Shown one piece after another: positions 11,630 to 24,300 of a DNA stretch of 64,000 nt. The notes beneath the pieces are model-generated. The model ran no database searches. It worked only from the letters and a program-made list of their open reading frames with translations, and was not told where the DNA came from. Origin of the DNA: Owenia fusiformis. Its lineage: Eukaryota. The stretch lies in the NCBI GenBank assembly GCA_903813345.2, contig CAIIXF020000001.1, forward strand, positions 17,980,001-18,044,000. The letters are read 5' to 3'. Position 1 is the first letter of the stretch. Each line of letters begins with the position of its first letter. The position numbers were made by a program, and so were the translations under genes.

Positions 11630-12109
11630 ATGTTTATCCCATACCAATCTTGGTCATCTGGTTCACATTGTTCAATCGTGAAAATATTTAAGAATATTCA
11701 TGTCCAGTTTTGTTTTCTTGGCCGTGGGCGGATTTTCCTGTTCTCTCAAATATTCCCACATTTATTTTCTCGATTTTTTTGATTGATTAAGTGGATGCTC
11801 CTTCCCTTTTTTAAACCATCAAACAGATCCCGATTGTCTATGTTTTCTCCATTGTCGTTTACAGTCATTACGCGAACGTTACAAATTAGGAACAAATATG
11901 CGAGCGGGGCAGAATATAAGATACGTTTGTCATAGGGACCTCAGCGAGGATATAGACTATATCATTTAGTCTAAAATTATTTTGAAAATGAAAATATTCA
12001 AACAATAGCCCACATGTATTAAAATTTGGGATTGAAAATGATTTGTTTACATAGACCGTGCCATTCAAAATGTCAAGTCTGTCGTTGCATGAAATGAATT
12101 GTTATACTT

Positions 12110-12234
12110 GCCCGTAGCCAGCTCTTACCAGGAGGGAGGGGACCTTTTGACAGGTTTGGCTAAAAAATCATGCGAAAACTTCATGATTTTATAAGAACTT
12201 CCGGCCGGGGGAGAGTTTCCCTGACTACGGGCCT
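12110..12234. mobile_element. Small MITE remnant
   Basis: TIR GCCCGTAGCCAG (12110-12121) / CTGACTACGGGC (12221-12232), 11/12 match, with a G-rich interior. No clear TSD. Confidence 0.5.
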
Positions 12235-15200
12235 CTTATCTGTCTATTCCCTGTTGCAATAAATATACCATGCCCGTTATTCCTGGTTGCATTAAGTATT
12301 TTACGCTTCGTCAATTCTGACTAGGACATGTACCTATTGTTTAAAGTACAATGTTTGCATTGTCAATTAAGTTCTATCATCTAGTCGTTTTGAGTCATGC
12401 CGTCTCCACTCTACAAATATAACAGTGATATTCATGGTAAAATAAATACTTACCAAGAAAATAAAAAGTTCTGGTTCAATGTATTTAGCACTTAATGCTT
12501 TCATTTAATATGTTATTAAACGATTTAATATTTTAAAAACAGTTTCATTGCAAAATGCAGCACAAATCGACATTCACAGGATGATCTAGTCAGGACGTTG
12601 TTGGTCAGACTGTATACATACATACATAATATATTTTAGTTTTGGATTACATAATGGAATCTAAAAATAAAAATGGTTTCATGTACTTTGTTCCACCTAT
12701 GCATATATAAATCTAAGTGAAAATGTAAATATCTTTGATATCCAGCAACCTAACAAACTTCCCACAAACGGAAATAGTGAAAATACCCATTTATCTAAAT
12801 CAAAAGTGACAAAGGTTTCAGAAGTCTCTTTAGAACAAGAGTCTTAGTAGCCATGTCTGCTACTTTCAGGAGCCTTAACCCAGAATGTATGGAAATATGA
12901 ATATACATGTTCTAAAGAGCTATTGAGTCTGCTTTCATTTTTTCTGAGAGGACAATGGAAGAAAGGAGAAGGGATGCAGATGAGTTTAGATTAAGATTAA
13001 GTTAATTAATCTTTTATCTTATTTTTTCCTTCAATCGCGTCTATAGACTTTGTGTTCGATCTGTTCTATTCTTTAGAAATAAAATAAAATTGTAAGGGAA
13101 ATGTTGGCATGTTTTTGAAAAGATATATTCCAACGGGCTATTGTTTTTGTCTTCTTATTCCCGGCCTACAAGTTATTCTTAATGTCAGATCTTATCTGTC
13201 CATTTAAGTGGGAACAGTCATTTTCATCAAAGTAATCAGGTAAGTATGCATTTTTCATTTCACTTTTACTCTGGTGGAATACCTTCAATATTGATTTCAA
13301 TATGACTTTTTTAGAATATTTCAGGTCTGAGTTTTTCTTAAAACCCGCAAACTTCATTTTCGGCAAATTGTTGTAGCTCTAATTGAAACATTAGGGTTTA
13401 TCTTCAGGATTAGAAATCCAGTTGGGTTCAACTTACAACTTGATTGACAAATGTATAATTGTTTTATGGGGTTATTGAAAAGCTGTCCGAAATAATATAT
13501 ATCTGATAATGGTGAATAAAGTTATTGTAATTTGCAATGACTATTGAATAATTCCACATCCTTGTTTAGCAATAAGCTGTCTACAATTTCATTGCTGTTG
13601 TCTGATGGCATATCATACTGTTCAGATAATATGATAATTATTGATTCTCTGGTGTCATACCAAACTAGAATAGAAATACAAGAACAAGTCAAATGTAAAA
13701 TACAACATGACAAAATGAAAATACATCAGTGTGATGTATCATTTTTAAATGAAGACAACAAGCAATAATGGAAATATATTTTTGCAAAAACATTGAAATA
13801 AAAACTTACGATCTGAATGATTTATAAACCGTTTGACATATGCATCTCTACCACACGTTTCATTTGAATTTACTGTTACACATATAAATCTGATGTAATA
13901 CCTTCACTATTGATAGTTAAATGACAATGCGTTGTTGAACAAACATATTTCATGATTGATTTTTTCTGAAAAGTCATTTTTGTATTTCGGCAAAATGTTC
14001 GAACCTTAATTGTAACATATGTTTGATTGATAACATCGTAACATTGATATGATGTATCGGAACAGTCGGGTGAAATGAAGGCGTGTCATTGTCTTCAATT
14101 TAGTATAATATGTGCTAAAAGATGGAGGTCCCGTTCGGTCGGTAAATCGAGTTGTTCACATATTATCCATTTAGATATCCAAATAATTCCATTTCCAGAT
14201 GCAATCGATATATTTGGGCATTTGGAGAATCGACCCATCACGCAAAACAGATATTGATAAAAATAATGGAACTCAATAATTGCAATTCGCAATGGCTATG
14301 ATTCTAAGTAATGTTATAAAATAAAACATAATATAGCCTAGTCTGGTGATAAAATGAAAAACAAATGAAAAACAAAGAACATAAGAAATATTTGCTAACC
14401 TTCCACATATCCCATATTTAAGATCATTTCAATATTTTTGAAATCTGGTAAAGACGTTTCCATATCAAGTCTGATGCAAATTGGTTTGATATTTAATTCT
14501 CAAAGATGATTCTTGCACCTGTTTTAAAAACACAGTTGGAATGTGTTCTAATTGCTGGCTGGGTAACTTTGGTTTTCCTTGCGTTGGGCCTTGTGCTCGT
14601 GATGCGTTTGCTTCCGAAAGTTAGAAATGACTGAGATATTTCGGAGTCAACAATGGTTCGCAAGATAAATTTGGGTCATCCTTGGTGACTAGAGCTGTCG
14701 TTTACTGTCACTTCGAAGAGAGTGTTTCACTCGAATTTCAGCAGAGAACACAGTCTTGTTATTTCACCATCATAAGGTGTGACATATTGTTATTTGTCGC
14801 AAACCGTTTTGTGGTTGGTGTTTGGCGTTCTGCGTCTGTCGGTAGGCGTTTGGCGTCTGTAACAAATGGCGACAATTGGTTAATGCCTTGTGTTGTATTT
14901 GTTATTTACAATCTGATTTCGTTTCGTTAGGGATTGCAGAATGTGTCAGAAAATTTGCAGAAAATCATTTGACTAGGTATCAAAGGATTTTCTGACCTTA
15001 ATAAGATAAGAAGGATAAGATCGTAGGGATAAAAATCGATGTTCAGCAATTACAGACACTTGACATTATTTTACCAGTAAACATAATCTTCCAGATCCCC
15101 ATGTTCGAATTGCATTGTTTTCTTCTCATTTAACGACTTTAACGGAGGCTGGGAGGTATGATAATATCCATAGAGTATAAATTGCATTTTGAACATACTG

Positions 15201-18200
15201 TTATAGAAACATATATTAGAATTTTAATGTATGTCCACTAAATGTGAAATACATGCATATTTCGTATTATGTCAATTCTGGTAGCAATAGTATATTATTT
15301 AAAAAGTAATGTCACTTAGGCAAATAATATATGGGATAATGCGCCACCCACCCATAGGAATATATAGTACATCTTATGTTAATAGCTCCATGCTAAGATC
15401 AAGGCTTCAGTTTTATGGTTATTTACGCGCTAACATTTTCATTTTATATCTTTCAAATAGCATTTCCCAAATAAGTTGAACTTCCAAAAGACTTATTGGA
15501 TTGGGCTAAACTGGAATATGTTGACCTGTTTCTGAAAATAGAATTATTCATGCATTTATGTGGTGTTATATGTGTTTTCTATGCAATTAAATTGAAGCAC
15601 ATTGTGATATTTCTAGGTCTTCTCCTTATTGGATTGAATATGCAGACTCGAACATTTTTTATGCTTTTAAGATGTTACATATGGAGTGGTATATGAAACA
15701 TTGAACCATTTTAGCCTCTCGATAAATATTCACAATTTTAATTAATTATCACAGAATCAAAGTTTTTTTCTCGAAGTTTCTCATTTTATCGATTATTGTG
15801 TATATTTTTCATTTTCTCGAAACAAAAAAACATATTCTTTGATCGAAATAAGACATTACAAATGATACACTCTACTGGAACTTTATCCATGATGCAGTTG
15901 GACTATACCACACTGTCCCCCAAGATATTCAAAAATGAATTATAAGAAATATTTTCTGCTGGGCAGAAGCTGTAAAACGTGATACAATATAGCCTCTCCT
16001 CATAGCGCCACCTATAGAATACTATAGAAAATATAAAGATTTGAATATTTTTATTTTCATGAGTGTGCTAGAGGTTCCAAATTTCCTCTCAAATAACACC
16101 ATCTAGTCAATTATGAATTTTTAAATATTGTATTAAGGTATCAGGTACCCGCGGGTAGTACTTCTTCCTAATTAGACCGGTAGTACAACATGATCATCAA
16201 AAATACCATAATGCAAATTACCCGAGCGACAATTCAATAGTTTTGGTACAAAAATGAAGATTTGCAATCAAAAGGTAATCAACTGTGCAAGGTCGTATTT
16301 TTTAATGTTAATTAAAGATAATAAAATCCACAATAAATGTCAGAAAACATTATAATAACTACTTCCCAAATAATCTTCTTTATAAAATGATACATTCGGT
16401 TCCTTTGCCAATTAAATCATTCAGAATTTTGATGAGAAATTAAGACGACAGTAGAAAAAATGTTTTATTTTCATTAATGGAAAGCTTTGATTTTGATTAA
16501 AAAAATATATCTTTAGATCAAGAATTCAGTCAGAAAATATGGTCAAAGATGATCTAAATGATTCAGATTTTCATCGAATTGCAAACAACTTTCTATACCT
16601 ATAGACAACTATAATTTCGGTGCTCTGGTATTTAATGAACTTTAGAAATAGTTTATTACAAAACGATCAGAAGTTAAATTATTAAGGTAATTCCAGACCA
16701 AAACCAAAAAATGAGAGAAATCTATGCTTATTTTTTTCTTAAAAATAGTAAGTAAACGTAAATAATCAAGACGTCGTACTGCTCTTGTTATTGTCTTTTT
16801 CAACATTGTCAATATGTATTCATGAACACATTCGTTTTGTTGTTGCTGTTTAATTAAGCTTCTGTATATTCCACCATCTCCATTAGAACCTGCCTCACTC
16901 CCTCTATATACTATACAATGAACTACGGAATGGTTCATTGTATAAACATTTATATTTAAATTCATTGGAATTTAAATGTCAAATCTATTGAACTTTGCTA
17001 CAGCGGCGGAGGGATTTATACATGGCATCCAAATATGGTATCGCACTAATACTGTTGCTCCGCCCCCATACGTCAAGGTACACCCCGGCTGTCTCTGTTT
17101 ATATAATTAATCCAGGATAAAACCACAAAGTGCTGATACTATTATAACTGCACCGAGTTATTTTTTAATATGAGAAGTAATCTTCGGTAATATTAGTCGC
17201 AAAACATCGACACCTTACTGAGCACCCGGTCAATTCCTCGATTTACGGATAATCTTCCTTCGTAATGAAGAGTCCATTATCAATGTTTTATTGGTCTAGT
17301 ATATAGCTGTAGAAACTAAATTAGATCTAAAAAAGTAGTTTCGACATTTATGGTGTTCCATATCATGTTTTCGTGTAATTTGTCAGGCCAGCGTCTTGTA
17401 AATGGAACAAACTGCTTGGCATCGGAATGTTTCTATACATGCAATGGAGACGTCTGTGTTTAATTAGAATCGCATCATTGAATGGTAAACAATGAGATTA
17501 TGGGTGCTAGTACATACGTAGCGTTTGGCTCGACAAGTCTCACAGAAAATAGTTCAAATATACAAATAAGAAAGATGATCCATGGAAAAAATCACCAATT
17601 TTAGTGAAACATACCCGCAAGCCATAATTATTACCCACGGGGAAACGAAGGATTAAATATTCTTTCCTTTTCTATTATATGATATTAAATCGAACGACCA
17701 TTCTATATAACCGTCAGTGACTGAATATAAGGAATATATTTCTGTTTCTTAATATATCATATGACCTAAATAGAGATCTTGATAAACGTAAGAAAAGCCT
17801 GAACAATATTAAAAAGAAATGCGGCTAAAAGAGTCTCAAACAGTATCGCATCAATTTTCAATTTATAAATCCATGTCGAAGTCTCTGTTAGATTATTCAG
17901 TACCAGAAACTGCAAATACTGAGGTGGCCTCACCATCTCTATGGTGGACAAATTTGATCTGAACCAAAAGTTATGTTCAGTGATTATCTGTATTGGGTTG
18001 ATGTTATTTTGAGCGCGTGACGAAACTCTGATAAATCTGCTCGAGGACTGGAAGTCCAATAGGTAGCTATATTATTAATGACCAAGGGATTATCCCAATA
18101 TTCGTGAACCAAATTTAGGATGATCTGATCCTGTACTATATAATTGTGTTATTTGTATATTCAATCATTCATTATTTTCTGGAGGTGTCTGATAATTTTT

Positions 18201-20053
18201 GGGTGATTTTTTTCAATCCTGACAGTTTCTCTTTAAAAAAGAGAGAAAAACACTATATTTTAAATTTTTAGGAAATATTCTTTTATTTTGAGCAAAACTT
18301 GAATTTTCCGTAGACTTGAAATTTTCCGTAGACGTAAAACTAAGTCTGCTTGCTGCAACCTTTTTTAAATCCACTTTGAGTACATGAAACACATCCAGGT
18401 ATGTTATAAGCACGTTTACTCTTCTCGGATTTAAAATCGAGAAAAATTATTTTGTAACCTGCCCCGGAGGCTTTAATTAGAAATATCTCATCAGTCAAAG
18501 AAAAGCAAAAATATATTTAAGCCAACATATACTGAAAACGAATGTGAATTCTCAGAAATGAGATACCCGCGTGAACTTGATGCTCCATCGTACGATACAA
18601 ACATTCACTTCATTATATGTTAATATTAACTTCTCTTCTCACCTGTAGCATTACTGTTTTTCTCAAATCTATGTTTATCTTTATTGCCCTTCATTAAACT
18701 GATATGTATGTATATTGTTTTATATAAAAACACAAACAATAATGTTGTTGTTTTATTACTATGCCATTAATCTCTTTGCAAGAACAATATATATGGAATG
18801 ATACATGTTTGTATTTAACCACTTTTTTATTGTTTTTATGTTTCAGGAAATTACTTCCAATATGTGTTAAAAGTAACCCATCTTCTCGACAGGAGCATCA
18901 ACCCCTATAATATTATCGGTATTATCAGTCTTATGTGCCATCATATAGAATTTAATGTCATCTATCGCGATCTTTCAAAGTCTCCTTTGTTTGTATTTAA
19001 GGTCTGGTGTCCTTTCCATAATAATGCAGGGAGAAGTAACTAACAATATTGCTTATCATTATCATGGTTTTTGGCATTAAGGTTTTTGGTCTATATGATA
19101 TGACATGTAATGTAGCTGGTTAATATTATCTAACACAGTTTAGAATGAGGATTCAGCGATTTCATGTACTCACTTTTTGGTCATTCGACATTCACTTTGA
19201 AAATGAAAATTCAAAACTAAAATTCTGATTCCTCCATGGTGTTCAGTAAAGATAATTAATTGAAATAAGATATAACTTTTTTGGAGGGTTTCAAAAGAAA
19301 TGTGCAAGAATATTATCATCTTGATGTAAAATTAGAGAAAGGGAAAAGCGGAGAGAAATCCAACATTTATTTTGAGTGATGTGATATACACGTAAACTTT
19401 TTAAATATGCTCCAAAAAAGATTCGGGGTATATACATAATTTGTAGGTACCCCTGGCACATGACCTGCAATAAATTGTAATATTAAGAGTTTCAACAACC
19501 TTGTAATATTGTAAGTTGTAATCAACCAAAATTTCCTTTGTACAATTACAATATTGAGAGACCTAAACATGTTGTGTTTATGTCGTTTTGTTCCAATGAT
19601 GTTCGGAAAGATGTTTCATTTCACTCTGGCAACATGATACCAAGAACAAAACATTGTGTTTGATGTGTTTTCTGAAACAATATAGAGAAAGGTATATAAA
19701 TGTTTTTCAAATTATATTGTTACCATTCGAAAGATGACCATTAAAATGACGATGTGTAAAAGTTTTAGATTTCTTATGACAGGTTTAAGAGAAACGTGTG
19801 TTCAAAAAGTTCTCCATATCGATACCACTCCTTTGTATTGTATTAATGTTCCTCTATAATTCTCTCTTAAAATTAGAGTATTTGTATCTTTCCTTTCCGG
19901 ACACCCTATCACCACATCTATCAGCAACCACTGCAGAATGTTCCAAAAGTATTCTTCAGGTTATCTCAAATACACGGGCATGGGTCGAAACATTTGTCCG
20001 CTGGGAGAGCATGCTATTTTTCATAAAACACTAAGAATTCTTTTCGAAAAAAT

Positions 20054-20290
20054 AATGTTTAATTGTCCGCTGTGACGGAGCAGTTAAGAATTAAGATTTT
20101 AATAATATATGCTTTACAACAACACTTTAGAGAAATACGTTTACTTGTCATAATTTAGGAAATGAGTTTGACACGTTCTCTCCTCTATAAAGTGTAGTTT
20201 TTAAAAGAAATATAATGAATCCTCAATTCTTAATTGTGTTTCACATTTGAAACTGCTCCGTCACAGCGGACACAAAAATTGAACATTAAT
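20054..20290. mobile_element. Inverted-repeat (MITE/foldback) element
   Basis: Perfect 22-bp IR TGTCCGCTGTGACGGAGCAGTT (20064-20085 / 20251-20272), with weaker inner and outer complementarity. Confidence 0.65.
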
Positions 20291-20835
20291 CTTTATAAAA
20301 AAAATTAAATCACCAGTACTATATTGTCGAAGAAGTATATCTACGCAGTTATCCTTGGATTTTCCCAGGATATCTTTTACGTATAATTAGAATATAATTG
20401 ATATTTGACTCGAGAGTCAATCACATCATCATTGCAACGATATTTTCAATAGTCCTCGATCTCATTTATCTAAAGACAGACTTGGGATCTTCAAAATAAT
20501 ACTAGAGCTATGCAAATGCATGGATGATAAACAACTTGATAATTCAATTTCCAAGAAAATATCTTACAACACTATTGAAGATGTAATAAGCAGTCTGAAT
20601 CTCTAATTGGATTGTACTTAGCACATAGAACAACTCTTTGGTTATTTTAACTACAAAGCTAGTGATATTTCCCCACAAGACACGATTTATAGGACGAGAC
20701 TGCCAACCTGTGAAATGTCGTTATTTTCGCGGACATTTTGAAGTCATGTGACCAAGACAGCTTGACGTACATGCCCTTTGTTTAAGTTATTCTGGCGCCA
20801 AATTTAAAAGTTGATATCGCAAACTTGCGACAATA

Positions 20836-21325
20836 CAAAGTCGATTCAGAAGTTCTGATAAAAAACACTTTATATCCTTTTCTTAAGTGAAGATAATCAC
20901 TTGAATTTTTTAAACTATGTACATGATTTATATGCCTATACAACAGGGACTTTTCAGAATGATTGATTGATCACATTTGTTCTATCTCATGGTAGAGGCA
21001 CTTGGTCCAGCACTTGAGCTCATATTGAACTTATATTCAAAAAACTAAATCCAAACAGCAATTTGTAGAATTAAACCTTGCCATGTGGTTGTGATCATTT
21101 AGTCAAAAGAAAACTAAGTTTAAGCTTCACATATATTACCCTGTCCCGCTTTACGTTATTGAGGTTACCATGCAGCCATAACTTCAAAAATATTCCTTAC
21201 CAGCATCTCGATTTTTGTAACTTATGTGGAAATAAATGACCCAGTTACTCTGTAAATATTGTGGAAAACGAATGACAAGGTTTTCAGTAATATCATTTTT
21301 ATCAGAACTTCTGGAACGGCCCTTG
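20836..21325. mobile_element. Tc1/mariner-type MITE (~490 bp)
   Basis: Perfect 18-bp IR CAGAAGTTCTGATAAAAA (20847-20864 / 21296-21313) inside ~30-bp imperfect TIRs, flanked by TA at 20834-20835 and 21326-21327. Confidence 0.65.
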
Positions 21326-24300
21326 TAGTTGATGTAAGCTCTAATCTGACATCACATGGTCTCGGTCACCCAAAGAAACAAGCACATAAATAACCTACCC
21401 AACAACTGGTTTGGCTTTTCTGAACAGAACAAGTATAACAAAGGCAGGAATGATTCAAATGTAATCAACAAGAATCTAAATTATTTGCTTTTCTTTAGTC
21501 TAACTAAGGCCAAACCAAAGTAAAACTATACATTAGTATCACATTCATAGACAGTATTGGTTTTCCTTCGGTAGATAGGGAGTTCTCATTTTGAGAAGAC
21601 GCCTTTCGCCATAGCATGCTCTTTCTTTAGAACCACATCTATTTTTTACATTCATACACAACAATTCAAATCATTCAAGAATGATATAGGCAAGACATAG
21701 ACTGAAGTTTAATTGCGTTTAGAAGATGCACTTTGTGTCACCCTGTAGATGGGACTTGAATTTAACTAAGTGAAACACACAAATTCATTTTTGAACAATT
21801 TCTACATGTTTCAATCTTTATATCATCAAACCACATTTTATTTTTAATCTCCACGCGATCATTAACTTTTGAATTTGACAACCAATGTTTATCATAAAAG
21901 CCCATATTTTTGGGTTCGATATTTTGTACATCACAGAGGTATTCACTTTAAAATGAAAATTTCATTTTAAGTCAAATCCACAATGACAACCCTGAACGGA
22001 AGCTATAGAAAAATATGCTTTGAATAAATTTTTATAACATATAATAAGTTCAAGCAGAGTTTTATCAAATGATTTAAATTACCTTTTACGGTTATCTCAT
22101 GGTGAATGAGCATGTACGCAGAAGCTTAAGACTACAGCAAACTCTTCATTTTTATAACATGAACTGGCATGATATCTATAATTGTATTTCTTGCTTCATT
22201 CAATTCATATAAATTGTAATATATTTTTATATTGTACAACTTTTGATTTTAGCACTGATATGCCCTTTTATGGGTATCAAGTGCCAACACTGTTAATGTA
22301 ATACTAAATGAATATGATAATAAAATAAATAAATAAAAAAAATAAAATAAAAATAAGGATTTGAATCGATATGGACATTTGCAGTCATGGCGTTCCAAGT
22401 TTAACTTTTCCAATGCGACGTTGAAGTGACCACATTCTTTCCACGGTATAAGTACGCGTCTAAAATAAATGCTCTTATATTGGATTGAATTTGCAAGTGA
22501 CGGGCATGATCTGTCTATGTCTAGGACAACATATATTTCTTCTTAATCGTTACATTTTAGGAATATTGACGATTGTTACATTACATGGATATGGTATTGA
22601 TGTTGTCTCCATTGATTTTGTGGATGATTTCCAATTGTTGCTGCATGTGCTTTCTGATAACCAATTACTAAGATCAAACAGCTTTAGAAAAAAAGCCTAT
22701 CACTGAACAATTGATCTGATAAAATGAGTTACATTTGCCAATACAACAGAATTGGGCAGTTGAATTGGGCTCGTCACTCTCTGGTTAAAATTATGATTTT
22801 GATAATTTTTTCACAAATCGTACAGGGTAATATTTTTACAAATATGATGCTCGAAACCCTCTTTGTAAATAACCCAAGGACATCGTAAATTGCGTTGGAA
22901 TTTTGAAACGGACTATAAATTCAAGACGTGATAGTTGACGTGCATTTACACGCATTCCACTTCTCAAAATTGTCACTTAATACTTGTGTGTCGTTTCAAC
23001 ATTTTTTGAATTGTACTCCAAGTGCATATTTTAAAAACCTAAATCACAAAACATGACAAAGAAGGGATGAACCATAATGTTAAGATTTTTACCAGTGTGG
23101 TTGATGTCATGAAAGATATATGTTTTATTAGCATATAATAATAGGACTATCGATTGAAATATTCATCGGGGTTAATATACGAGCTCAATATGTCCGTTTT
23201 ATTAACGTTTTGTTTTGTATGTATTTATCGTTATCCCAGAGAAAATATGAATTTATGAGTGTGATTTATCACAAGGTGAATAAATGTGATATATACCGCA
23301 TATAACCGCGGGATAAACTGTGTAAAGTATCTCTGGACGAATGACAGTGCAACGATCTCTCATAACCCGATACACTTTGGGTTCATAAAACCTAAAATAA
23401 AACTTCCGAATTATATCGTACTAAAATCCCCTCCTCCAATAAGAAAAACGAAGTAATGTCCTAATTAAATACTCTACATGCATGTTTTCATTATTATTGG
23501 GAGATATGCATTATGTCTCCGGAGTAGAAAAATAAGTATTTTAGACAATGAACACGACATACGGATTACTACTTTTCTTTAGATGGGTAAGTGTCTTCTT
23601 AGTATTTTGCTCATGCGCAATTGGATCTATGAGAACGATAGAAAACTATGTCAATGGCATACAAGAGATCGGTTATATTGTTCATATAGAAACAAAATGG
23701 CTGACTCAAATCAGTGATCTTATATTTCGCAATATCTGGCCTTTCTACGATTGAAACTGTGTTTAACATATGCAAAGATGTTCATGCATACAAGCAAATA
23801 TATATTCTTGTTCCATTTTGTTTCAGGATTAAATACTGTTAGGGTTACCCATGGTAACATACGCCAAATAAACATTACGAAATATGTCAAAGTTGTTTAT
23901 TCGTACAATCCACGTATAACGACAAGAAAATCAACATGACTTGTACAAACCAATAGGTCTCATGGACAGTAGTTGTAATTATGATGATAATATCATCACA
24001 TGCTGTACCATTAGGCCATATTACATGATTCTCGTCCCTTTAATCATTGAAATGAGCAATATTACCAGGGGACGAGGAGCTAAAGGGTCGTTTAGAAAAT
24101 GAGATGGGCGGGAATGGTACATTTACTCGGTGAGGTTTTAACATCTAATGGCTCATTATTTCTGCAAATAGTCAATATTCATCACCTAATGGATTATTAT
24201 AGTTTCAAATTAGATAACCTTTTTTTCAATTATAAAATATTGCCTTTAAATCATTATTCACTAATAGCACGTTTGATAAATACATATTTAGAATTGTTTT

